From: Eubacteriales bacterium
Lineage (GTDB): Bacteria > Bacillota > Clostridia > Oscillospirales > CAG-272
NCBI GenBank assembly: GCA_045127235.1
Contig: JBGVPY010000065.1
Span: forward strand, 5,546-69,545
Direction: 5' to 3'
DNA length: 64,000 nt
The notes beneath the pieces were generated by a model. It searched no databases. It was not told where the DNA came from and was given only the letters and a program-made list of their open reading frames with translations. This document shows, in pieces, positions 7,891 to 16,530 of this stretch (position 1 is the first letter of the stretch; every line of letters starts with the position of its first letter). A program made the translations under genes and the position numbers.

Positions 7891-9977
7891 TGCACGCAAG
7901 AGTGGTTAAAAAGATACTGCTCGGCGTAATCGCAATGCTACTTGTACTCATATCGGTATTCGCTACCCCTATGAGTATAGTGGCAGCATCAATAAGTGAA
8001 GAGTCGAGCAGTCCAGATTACAGTAAAACTAATGTGCTTGACGATTTAAGACACTGCACAATAAACGGTAAACCCTTTAATATTGCCGATTTCCCTTATG
8101 ATGAAAGTAAGGATATACAGGTAATAAGCTTTGTAGAATATTGCTATTCCTATAAGGCAAATCAAAGAGATAATTACGGCTTGTATGTTTATGTTTACAA
8201 TCCAAAAGGCTTAGATTTGTCTAAGAGCCAGAATTTTAACAAAATTCAGATGGCAATATCCTTTAATGGCGAGGGTAAACCAAATGATTATTACAAATTT
8301 CCATTGGAATTTTGTTCAAGAGTGGAAAACGGTGATTACAAGAACCTTTTCTACAAATTTAAGGTAGTTGACAAAGAGGTAAACGGAACGCATTTTGCTG
8401 ATAGAGTAAATTCAAATGAACGTAAATATTATGTTTCGGGAATTGAGCTTGCAACATATACAAGCGACAATGCAACTGATTACCCGGTTGGAGGCACTTA
8501 TGTTTTCACGGGATATGCAAAGGGCTACGGACCTGATCCGTTAGCTTCAAGCACACTTGATTGTGATATTGAGTTTCTTGAAACAATAAGCCTTAATGTA
8601 AAGCATACATTTTATCGTTCAATGACATCTGCACTTGGCGCAGGACACCAAAATCAGCTTGACACAGTATATTTTTCAGTCCCTAAAAAGTACATTGATA
8701 CATATGGTAAATTACAGAGAATAAAAGCAGAATGGTATGAGTACAAAACGAAAGAAATTGTTGTAACGAGTAATGAAGATTTTGCAAAAGAGTTAAGAAA
8801 TTTTCTTGGTAAGTATGCGGAAGAATCCGGGGGTATAAATCTTGGAGAGCCTCAACGAGAAAGATTTGATACAGACTATGGTTTGATGACTGATTGGACT
8901 GAACAAGAAGCAAATCTTTGTATTTGGGGTTGGAATGTAGGAGATTGCTATTATGCCTCAGAGGATGCTTGCCCTTCACTCCATTATTTATTTGAAGTTG
9001 ATAATATTGATGAATATGATCCATACGCCGATTTGAAAGACATAGGTGGAGTTCAAAGCAATGCACTATACGAATGGATTAAAACATATAACAAATCTTA
9101 CCGAAACGGAACGTTGCCAATAAAAGAAGGAAACATAAGTGCTGACTTGTTTGAGAGCGATATTGATGAAAGCAGAAAACTTGATAGCATATACGGAAAA
9201 ATCAAAAATGGATATAGCTATTACGATTTTGATGCAGACGTTGATTTACAGGTTCTTAATAGCTGGTCGAGTACATCACCAAGCTTTTGGGATAACTGGA
9301 AGAATTTCGGCTTAGGAGCTGCTTTTTCGGGTGGTCCTGATGAAGAAAGCATTACAGTAGCACCTATTTATATTCTCAAGGAAAGCGACTTACAAGGCAC
9401 AAATAAGGAAATTGCCCAAAGATTGCTTATTAACATAAACGACGTTGACAGTCTTAAAGCAGAGTACAAAAACGCTAAAACTCTTACATCTGTAACCGAT
9501 GAAGAGTGTGAGGTTGTTTTGTTCCGTTTTGCAACAAGCGATTATTTTTCAAAGCCAGCAACTATTTTAATTAAAAATGGTGGTTTCTTATGGACTAATA
9601 AGAAAATAAATGACGAAGCTTATATAGCACAGGAAAGTGTTTTCTTTGATTTCGACATTATTCAGCTTACATTTCAAAGGGATGGCGTATATACAGTAAT
9701 TCCTGTTGTATCAAGTCCGATTGATATTGTTAACGATATAACACCACCAACCGACCACAGTGAAGATGCGTGGTGGAAAATCCTCATAGCAATTTTAATA
9801 CTTATTCTTTTAGTATATTTGCTTTGGCCGGTTCTCCCACAGGTTATTTCACTTATCATATCCATTTTTAGATGGATAATTAAAATCATTCTGTACCCGT
9901 TCAAGCTTATAGGTAAAGCCTTTAAGAAATCAAGGGACAAGCCTAAAGAGGACGATATAGACACAAATACACAATAA
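7887..9977 (+). CDS. large secreted protein with C-terminal membrane anchor (adsorption/pIII-like topology)
   Basis: N-terminal signal peptide (LLVLISVFATPMSIVAAS) and a C-terminal hydrophobic anchor WWKILIAILILILLVYLLWPV... with a basic tail. Confidence 0.7.
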   Translation: MMHARVVKKILLGVIAMLLVLISVFATPMSIVAASISEESSSPDYSKTNVLDDLRHCTINGKPFNIADFPYDESKDIQVISFVEYCYSYKANQRDNYGLYVYVYNPKGLDLSKSQNFNKIQMAISFNGEGKPNDYYKFPLEFCSRVENGDYKNLFYKFKVVDKEVNGTHFADRVNSNERKYYVSGIELATYTSDNATDYPVGGTYVFTGYAKGYGPDPLASSTLDCDIEFLETISLNVKHTFYRSMTSALGAGHQNQLDTVYFSVPKKYIDTYGKLQRIKAEWYEYKTKEIVVTSNEDFAKELRNFLGKYAEESGGINLGEPQRERFDTDYGLMTDWTEQEANLCIWGWNVGDCYYASEDACPSLHYLFEVDNIDEYDPYADLKDIGGVQSNALYEWIKTYNKSYRNGTLPIKEGNISADLFESDIDESRKLDSIYGKIKNGYSYYDFDADVDLQVLNSWSSTSPSFWDNWKNFGLGAAFSGGPDEESITVAPIYILKESDLQGTNKEIAQRLLININDVDSLKAEYKNAKTLTSVTDEECEVVLFRFATSDYFSKPATILIKNGGFLWTNKKINDEAYIAQESVFFDFDIIQLTFQRDGVYTVIPVVSSPIDIVNDITPPTDHSEDAWWKILIAILILILLVYLLWPVLPQVISLIISIFRWIIKIILYPFKLIGKAFKKSRDKPKEDDIDTNTQ

Positions 9978-10018
9978 ATTTTGTATGGTAACGGAATTGT
10001 TACCAAGAAAGGAGAAAA

Positions 10019-11641
10019 ATGAAAAACACAATAACAATTATTTTAGCAGTAGTTTTAGTTATTGCTTTAATCGGAGCAGTAGCAATTTTGTTCAAGCCTG
10101 ATGTGCCTGATACACCTACAGATACCAGCACCGACACAAGCACAGATTCAAGCACTGATAAGCAGCCCGATAACAATGATGACGATTCAGGCATCGGTCC
10201 TCAAAAGCCACCTATCATTTTGGTAGAGGATGTAGAAGAGCTTACAACTGCTCTTACAAGCATTGAAAACGGTGCAACAATAGAAATTCCTTCAAGCATT
10301 GAACTTACTGAAACACTCAATATTGGAAATAAGGATGTAACATTCATATTTTCCGAGGATTTTGACAAAACAGTAAGTGTAGAGCTTGAAGAGGGTAAAC
10401 TTACCATTATGAACGGTCATTTTAACGGTATTGACATTGGAGGTAAAGGCACACTTATTCTTGATAATGTAATGTCTTTAGCAACAACCGAGGGAGATAG
10501 CGGTTTAGCACTCCTTGATGGTGCAGATATCACTGTAAAAATCGTAGGTAATGTATCACTTACCGGTGCAAAAGACGGTGATGGTATTGAAGTACCTTAT
10601 GGAACTAAGCTCTTACTCACAGGTGATAGCCTTGTAGCAGTAGGAAATAACGGTCTTGAATATTTGGCAATAGACGGCTATGGAAACACAGATGATGAAA
10701 CATATCTAAATAAGAGGGGTAGTGGCATAGGAAATGCCGTCAAGAACATAGGTTCACTAACCATTAAGGATATGGCTTCACTTACAGCTAAGGGCTATGG
10801 AAACAAGGCTTTTGGTATTGGTGGTGGAGATAAATCTGTTGTAACCATTGAGAATACCGTTATTGAATACGCAAAAGGCGGTTTTGCACAGGAAACATTT
10901 ATTGCAAGTGATTTAAGCTATGGTAAGGCAGAAGCCGAAGGTGGTTGTGCTATCGGTGTCGGTTGTGGTGTTGACGGCGACTATGACTCTGGAATGCTCA
11001 AAATGAAGAACGTAACTGTTAAAAAGGCAGACGGTGGCTCAAAATCAGCAGCTATTGGCGCTCTTTATTGGACTGCGGTAGATATTTCAATCGTAGATTG
11101 TAATTTCGACCAAATCACAGGTGGAACTGCATCAGCAGGTATTGGTGGTAGCCGAGTATATAAGGGAGTAAGCAAAGACCAGTATGTCAAGATTTTCATT
11201 GATAATTCTAAGATTAACGTAAAGGGCGGTCAGTATGGAGCAGGTATAGGCTCAGGCTATGACTGTTATTGCCAGACAAATTATGGCGTTACTTATATAG
11301 AAATTATCGGTGAAGATACAGTTATCAACGCTCAAGGTGGAATTAACGCAGCAGGTATTGGCACAGGACACCATAGTGCAGGACTTGCGGGATATATTTC
11401 AACCGATTGTAAGGTAACTGCAAAGGCAGGCGAAATGTTCATTTATGAAACTGAATACTCAAAGCCACAGGATATTGGATATGGTATGTGTAAGCCTACA
11501 AATGAGCTTGCAAACGTAGCATATGTATTTGATGTTCAGGGTAATGTGGTAGAGCAGCCAATTTTCTTACCTTTACCGGAAGAAAATGGTGGTTCGGAAA
11601 ATCCTATTCCCGATATAGACGATAATATTCAGGAGGTGTAA
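10019..11641 (+). CDS. membrane-anchored repeat protein (beta-helix-like GxGxG repeats)
   Basis: N-terminal TM, a PDTPTDTSTDTSTDSSTD linker, and recurrent AIGVG / SAGIGG / GAGIGSG / AAGIGTG motifs. Confidence 0.7.
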   Translation: MKNTITIILAVVLVIALIGAVAILFKPDVPDTPTDTSTDTSTDSSTDKQPDNNDDDSGIGPQKPPIILVEDVEELTTALTSIENGATIEIPSSIELTETLNIGNKDVTFIFSEDFDKTVSVELEEGKLTIMNGHFNGIDIGGKGTLILDNVMSLATTEGDSGLALLDGADITVKIVGNVSLTGAKDGDGIEVPYGTKLLLTGDSLVAVGNNGLEYLAIDGYGNTDDETYLNKRGSGIGNAVKNIGSLTIKDMASLTAKGYGNKAFGIGGGDKSVVTIENTVIEYAKGGFAQETFIASDLSYGKAEAEGGCAIGVGCGVDGDYDSGMLKMKNVTVKKADGGSKSAAIGALYWTAVDISIVDCNFDQITGGTASAGIGGSRVYKGVSKDQYVKIFIDNSKINVKGGQYGAGIGSGYDCYCQTNYGVTYIEIIGEDTVINAQGGINAAGIGTGHHSAGLAGYISTDCKVTAKAGEMFIYETEYSKPQDIGYGMCKPTNELANVAYVFDVQGNVVEQPIFLPLPEENGGSENPIPDIDDNIQEV

Positions 11642-11643
11642 TT

Positions 11644-11991
11644 ATGGCAGAAACAGCAACATTTAAGGAAAAGGCATCCCAAACATGGGGTATGGCTAAG
11701 GAAACAGGCAAAGAAGCGTGGCAAAAGACAAAAGAAGGCACGAAGAAGGCTTGGAGTAAAACAAAGGAAGCAACCAAAAAGGGTTGGGAAAAGGGTAAGA
11801 AAACTTACGGTGAAACCAAAACCGATTGGAAGGCTTCGTATAATGTAGGTTATAGCTCTGGTGTAAATGACTATGAGCAGGTAGCATCACGTTTCGGTAG
11901 CAAGTTTATGGCAACAGTTGGTTACAGAAACGGTCTTAGAGAAGCACATAGAAACGCTAAATACTTGAAGAAGCTCAACAAAGAGCAGTAA
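11644..11991 (+). CDS. Lys/Trp-rich 11-mer repeat protein
   Basis: KEAWQKTKEGTKKAWSKTKEATKKGWEKGKK places Trp every 11 residues. Confidence 0.65.
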   Translation: MAETATFKEKASQTWGMAKETGKEAWQKTKEGTKKAWSKTKEATKKGWEKGKKTYGETKTDWKASYNVGYSSGVNDYEQVASRFGSKFMATVGYRNGLREAHRNAKYLKKLNKEQ

Positions 11992-12001
11992 GAGGTAATC
12001 T

Positions 12002-12331
12002 ATGGCTTTCAAGGCATATGATTTTAAAAAGCACTTCGCTTACATAGCAGATGTGTTAGGGGATGAAGTGTCATACGATAATTTATCTTTATACCTTGAT
12101 AGCAGGCTCTTTTTAAGAAACGAAAAAGACGGTAATTTTGCCCAGATTGTTTATCTCACAAATGACAGATTCAGAGTTATTCTGTGTCTAAACAAACTGG
12201 GCTGTATCGTCCACAAAACCTCAAAATCCTTTGAGACGTGTATAAATTTCTTGAAAGATAACGCCTTTATATCAACAGGTATCATTAGAAAATGGAAAGT
12301 AAACAATAAGAAAATAAAGGAGAATATTTAA
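12002..12331 (+). CDS. hypothetical protein
   Basis: ORF in the operon. Its stop overlaps the next start (TAATG). Confidence 0.6.
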   Translation: MAFKAYDFKKHFAYIADVLGDEVSYDNLSLYLDSRLFLRNEKDGNFAQIVYLTNDRFRVILCLNKLGCIVHKTSKSFETCINFLKDNAFISTGIIRKWKVNNKKIKENI

Positions 12332-12495
12332 TGAAAACATATCACATTGTTAGAGCCGAGTACAGATATTTTGTAGCGGTGGAAACATTTAGTTTAAGAG
12401 GAAGAAAGCCATTACATACATTCGAAGCGAAGGACTTCTTGGAAGCTATTGAGTATAAGAATAATTATGTAAGGGAGAAGAAGCTCGTATGGTAG
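12331..12495 (+). CDS. small hypothetical protein (54 aa), not in track
   Basis: The ATG shares an A with the upstream TAA. The 3' end overlaps the ATG of 12489. It fills an otherwise empty gap in a tightly packed operon. Confidence 0.4.
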   Translation: MKTYHIVRAEYRYFVAVETFSLRGRKPLHTFEAKDFLEAIEYKNNYVREKKLVW

Positions 12496-12764
12496 GAATA
12501 TTTGGTTGGTTTAGAAAACGAAAAGAATTAAAGCAGAGCCAAAAATATCATCAAGAGCGAAAAGCAGAATTAGAAGCGAAGAATAGCAGAGGCGGGCTTC
12601 CATTACCTAAAGATTGGATAAATGAGGAATATCATATAAAAGTCTTTAAAAGGCAAAAAGAGCTTAAAAGGGTTTTAACTAAGGATGAGTTGAAACAAGT
12701 GCATCAAGAAACCACTAAAGATGTTTTAGACTTTGTTGATAAGCATTTATTCAAAATATCATAA
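12489..12764 (+). CDS. hypothetical protein
   Basis: ORF in the operon, charged coiled-coil-like. Confidence 0.55.
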   Translation: MVGIFGWFRKRKELKQSQKYHQERKAELEAKNSRGGLPLPKDWINEEYHIKVFKRQKELKRVLTKDELKQVHQETTKDVLDFVDKHLFKIS

Positions 12765-12776
12765 CGGAGGAAAATA

Positions 12777-13118
12777 ATGAAAAAAGTAAAAAGGATATTA
12801 GCAATAGTATTCTTGATACTTGTCATATGGGCGATCGGCTATTTGTGTCTTACAGGTAGCCGATTGTTTTTTAATGACGGTAATGAGGATACGTTAAAAG
12901 GAACATTTTATCAATATAACAATAAAGAGTATTTCTTAGAAATTTCAGATACGTTAGAAGCCAGACTTTATACACAGGGTGTGGGAAAATTGCTAACGTA
13001 TGACAGTTTTAAGGACGGAATAGTTAAATATATAGATGGCGAAACGCCTTATTATTTTGCTATTCTCCCAGAAGGACTATTCGATTTGCAAGAACGCATA
13101 GTGCTGGAGGTGTATTAG
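12777..13118 (+). CDS. small membrane protein (N-terminal TM)
   Basis: GGAGG RBS. TM ILAIVFLILVIWAIGYLCL. The TAG stop lies 1 nt before the next ATG. Confidence 0.65.
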   Translation: MKKVKRILAIVFLILVIWAIGYLCLTGSRLFFNDGNEDTLKGTFYQYNNKEYFLEISDTLEARLYTQGVGKLLTYDSFKDGIVKYIDGETPYYFAILPEGLFDLQERIVLEVY

Positions 13119-13119
13119 T

Positions 13120-15228
13120 ATGAGTAGGAGAATGAGAATAGTTAATATAATTCTAACCACACTAATATTTGGAGGCTTTATAGCTCTTGCAATATTTGTG
13201 TATAAAGACTCTTATGCACGTGTTTGGGAGTCAATTCAAGACCTTTGGAACAGTCTTAAATTCTTCGTAAAGGAAGTGTTTATGCTCAATTTTGAAGCAG
13301 AGCCAACCGTTACAGATTTTTCAAAGGTATTACAGTGGCAAAAAATATTACCAGAGGATTTTGAAAATTTCAAGCTTAAATTTGGAGCATATTTCAGTTT
13401 GTTTGCTACGAAAGAGAATTTTAATTTGTACATGTCTAACGTGGGAACAACACTTGCGAATTTCTCTAAATCATTGGTTATCATAATTCCTGTAGGACTA
13501 ATTTTGTGGTTGATTATTAAAGCCATGTATAGCAAAAGCAATACAAGGCATAATCACGATACGTTACCCCTTAAAATGTATAAAAAGTTTATGGGAATAT
13601 CGTATCATCCAATTAGAAATTTTATTTCGCAGTACATAAGATTTTATCGAAGCAATCAAAATTTAGTAACTGCAACGATAATTTTGTGGCTGCTGAATTT
13701 CAATCTTATAACAGTTTTAATTGAATTTTTAGCTTACTATTTCTTCTTTGTAGTAACCTATGACGTGTCAACGCTTTATATTCAATTTGGCAAGTTATTT
13801 ATAGATTTACAGGCAATATTCATCCACGTCCCCCTATGGATTATCATAATCTTCGTTGTAAGGTGGCTTCATAATCGTAGGAAAAGCATAGCAAAATCGC
13901 AACTTAGACACATGGAAGCAAGAAACTGTGGTTTTATAAATGAATTGCCTATTGTTTCAATGACTTGCGGATCAATGGGAAAGAAGAAAACAACCGTCAT
14001 AACCGATATGGCCCTTAGCCAAGAGGTAATGTTCAAACAAAAAGCATTCGACCTTTTACAGAAGAATGATATGCGTTTTCCAAATTTCCCGTGGATATGC
14101 TTTGAGGACGAGCTTAAAAAGTGTATTGAGTATCATACGGTATATAACCTTGCAACCATTAAGGACTGGGTTAATAAGAAACGTGAACGTTTTGAAAGAG
14201 TAGGAAATGTACATACTCAATTATATGATTACGAGATTGAAAAATATGGGCTTTATTTTGATGATGGCTTAAAGCACTTGTATTTGTTTGATGTTTTAAG
14301 TACATACGCTCAGTTATACTTTGTGTACGTCATTGAAAGCAGCTTAATTGTAGCCAATTATTCCATAAGAACAGAAAACATAATGATAGATGCGGGCAAC
14401 TTTCCTATGTGGATATATGATTTCTTTCCGGAAGCAACATCTTGTGAAGGAAGGCACGCACACATTATTGATTATGATGCTTTGAGATTAGGCAGAAAGG
14501 TTATAGAGGACAATCCTAAAATCGGCAGCTTTGAATTTGGTGTATTAGTAATGTCTGAGATAGGCAAAGAGAGAGGAAACAATCTTGAGCTTCGAGAAAT
14601 AAAAAAGAGCAAGGATGAAACAAACCAGAAAAATGATTTGTTCAATTCTTGGCTCAAAATGTGCAGGCACTCAGCAACTATTGATAACTACCCATTTATA
14701 AAGGTGTTTACTGACGAGCAAAGACCGGAGTCATGGGGAGCAGATGCCAGAGATTTATGTGATATTCTAACAATCGTTTCTTGTGGCGACCAAAGAATAA
14801 CTTTGCCGTTTTACATTTATGAGGAAATGATAGTAGAAATATCGCTTAATTGGTTTTTAGGAATATATTATGATTTTAGACACAGGCGAGGGGATAATAC
14901 ACTTTTTGTGCATATCTTAAAGAGCATTATAACCAAACTGTTCAAATACAATTTGAGAAACTATAACCGATATGGGTATAGTGTAGCATTTATTGAAAAA
15001 GAAAGCGGTAAAATGGATGGAAAAATTAAGAAAAAGAAGTATTTTATTTTGAATAAAAAGATATACGCAAGACGTTTTTCAACCGACTGTTTTAGCGACT
15101 ATTTCAATGATATTGCAAGAAGTACATATATCGGACTTGATGATTACGTTGAATATCAAACCGAGAGAGCCACAGTGGACGAGCTGCTTCAACAGAACAG
15201 TTATTTCATTGACTCTCTATACAGTTAA
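13120..15228 (+). CDS. polytopic-membrane P-loop NTPase, possibly Zot/pI-like assembly ATPase
   Basis: About 270 aa containing several TM helices, then Walker A CGSMGKKKTT, Walker-B-like GVLVMSE, and CRHSATIDNYPFIKVFTDEQRP reminiscent of the Zot HRH...TQ segment. Confidence 0.45.
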   Translation: MSRRMRIVNIILTTLIFGGFIALAIFVYKDSYARVWESIQDLWNSLKFFVKEVFMLNFEAEPTVTDFSKVLQWQKILPEDFENFKLKFGAYFSLFATKENFNLYMSNVGTTLANFSKSLVIIIPVGLILWLIIKAMYSKSNTRHNHDTLPLKMYKKFMGISYHPIRNFISQYIRFYRSNQNLVTATIILWLLNFNLITVLIEFLAYYFFFVVTYDVSTLYIQFGKLFIDLQAIFIHVPLWIIIIFVVRWLHNRRKSIAKSQLRHMEARNCGFINELPIVSMTCGSMGKKKTTVITDMALSQEVMFKQKAFDLLQKNDMRFPNFPWICFEDELKKCIEYHTVYNLATIKDWVNKKRERFERVGNVHTQLYDYEIEKYGLYFDDGLKHLYLFDVLSTYAQLYFVYVIESSLIVANYSIRTENIMIDAGNFPMWIYDFFPEATSCEGRHAHIIDYDALRLGRKVIEDNPKIGSFEFGVLVMSEIGKERGNNLELREIKKSKDETNQKNDLFNSWLKMCRHSATIDNYPFIKVFTDEQRPESWGADARDLCDILTIVSCGDQRITLPFYIYEEMIVEISLNWFLGIYYDFRHRRGDNTLFVHILKSIITKLFKYNLRNYNRYGYSVAFIEKESGKMDGKIKKKKYFILNKKIYARRFSTDCFSDYFNDIARSTYIGLDDYVEYQTERATVDELLQQNSYFIDSLYS

Positions 15229-15588
15229 TTTTGAAAGGAGTTGATTTATTTAATGCCATACGAAAAAATGAAAATTTATTTCGATGGCAGCCATTAGCAT
15301 TATATAGGAATACCTCATACCGAAAAACCCAAGAAAGACAGAATAAAACGAATAGAGGAATTAGTTACGGTTATAGAGGATGAAGAAACAAAAGACGGAG
15401 AAAAAGAAGCTTCTGAACCCACTTTCGCAGACATATTAGAAGCTGAAATTTCGTCCGAAAATATCGCTGTTATCGAAGAAGAAAGCAAAGTCGAAAGTGG
15501 CGAAAAACAGGTTGAAACGCCTGTTAAAACACAAAAAAAGGCAACCCGAAAAGAACTATTTAATGGTTTTTATGAGGAAAGCAAGAAG

Positions 15589-16314
15589 TTGAAAAAAGCT
15601 AAGCGTAAAGAGTATATTTTAGAGCGAATGAAACCGTATTTTAAGTATCATGAGTTAGCTGTAAGATTTGTTGATGAAAATATAGAGAGAATTGAACGAA
15701 ATATAATATGCAGACGAAAACGAATGGTAAGAAAAGTAAACCTACAGGAATTCAATTATTTTTGCACATTTACATATGATGATAAGAAGCATACAGAGGA
15801 AAGTTTTAGAAAGAAATTAACACTATGTTTAAGGCGATTTAGCAGTACAAAAGGCTGGAAATATGTAGGGGTATGGGAACGCTCGCCAAAGACGCAAAGG
15901 CTTCATTTTCACGGCTTATTTTATGTTCCAGAAGGCACAATGCCTACAATGATGATAATAGAAGAAGGATATGATTTTAATGCACATAAAAGGCGTAAAG
16001 TAAAGCAATGCGGATTTTTCTTAGAGAAATTTGGCAGAAACGATTTTGAGGATATAGACCACCCAATGTTAAAAAGTGAAGGTATGCGATACATAATGAA
16101 ATATCTTGAAAAATCAGGTGAAAAGATTGTATATTCACGAGGACTGCCACAGTATTTTATCTCAGATATATGGGAAGAGGATATAGCTTGTCCTTACAAC
16201 GAAGAAGAAACAAAATTTCTACTTTTCGACAACTTCGGTTGTTGGGACGAAGGAGTTTACATAGGACAGGTAAGCCCGGAAGTGATAGAACAAATGCCGA
16301 AATCAAATGTATAA
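15589..16314 (+). CDS. HUH rolling-circle replication initiator (Rep); the frame extends upstream to 15253 through an in-frame TAG
   Basis: Motif 1 FCTFTYD, motif 2 LHFHGLF (HUH), motif 3 YIMKYLEK (Y-x3-Y). The TTG start is the first start after TAG 15295-15297. Codons 15298-15588 are open in the same frame. Confidence 0.8.
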   Translation: MKKAKRKEYILERMKPYFKYHELAVRFVDENIERIERNIICRRKRMVRKVNLQEFNYFCTFTYDDKKHTEESFRKKLTLCLRRFSSTKGWKYVGVWERSPKTQRLHFHGLFYVPEGTMPTMMIIEEGYDFNAHKRRKVKQCGFFLEKFGRNDFEDIDHPMLKSEGMRYIMKYLEKSGEKIVYSRGLPQYFISDIWEEDIACPYNEEETKFLLFDNFGCWDEGVYIGQVSPEVIEQMPKSNV

Positions 16315-16338
16315 ACAAAAAATGACAACGAATAAGCC

Positions 16339-16498
16339 GCCGAGGGTGTTATGCGTTGCTTTGGCAAGCGGTTCAGCGCCAAACACGCATCCCCTCGGCT
16401 TCGTTCATTTTGTTTCTTTGATTCGGTTTCTATCTTTGGGCGTGTGCTTGTCTTCGCCGAGCGAAGCGAGGCGACTTGTATCAAGACAAGCACACGCC
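16339..16498. other. two GC-rich stem-loops, candidate replication origin
   Basis: Hairpin 1: gccgaggg (16339-16346) pairs with ccctcggc (16392-16399), with inner pairings. Hairpin 2: perfect 16-bp stem 16439-16454 / 16483-16498, with GCGAAGC at 16461-16467 in the loop. Confidence 0.5.
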
Positions 16499-16530
16499 TA
16501 AAAACGCGTTACTTCTAATCATTACTTTCC

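Noticed and set aside
6255-11890. Antisense ORFs within the structural operon (6255-6668, 6469-6684, 8683-9066, 9674-10006, 10000-10194, 10201-10407, 11696-11890, and later 13236-13541, 13292-13486, 14472-14657)
   Set aside because: All lie inside longer plus-strand genes that show coherent domain features. They have no RBS and look compositional.
15295-15297. Element-wide TAG recoding (alternative genetic code)
   Set aside because: TAG appears to act as a genuine stop at 13116-13118, 1 nt before the next ATG, with another TAG soon after. All other genes end in TAA or TGA with sensible lengths. A single in-frame TAG does not justify recoding the whole element.
16257-16501. Track ORFs 16257-16493 (minus) and 16307-16501 (plus)
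   Set aside because: They overlie the GC-rich hairpin region. Mirror-image ORFs on both strands are what a palindromic structure produces.
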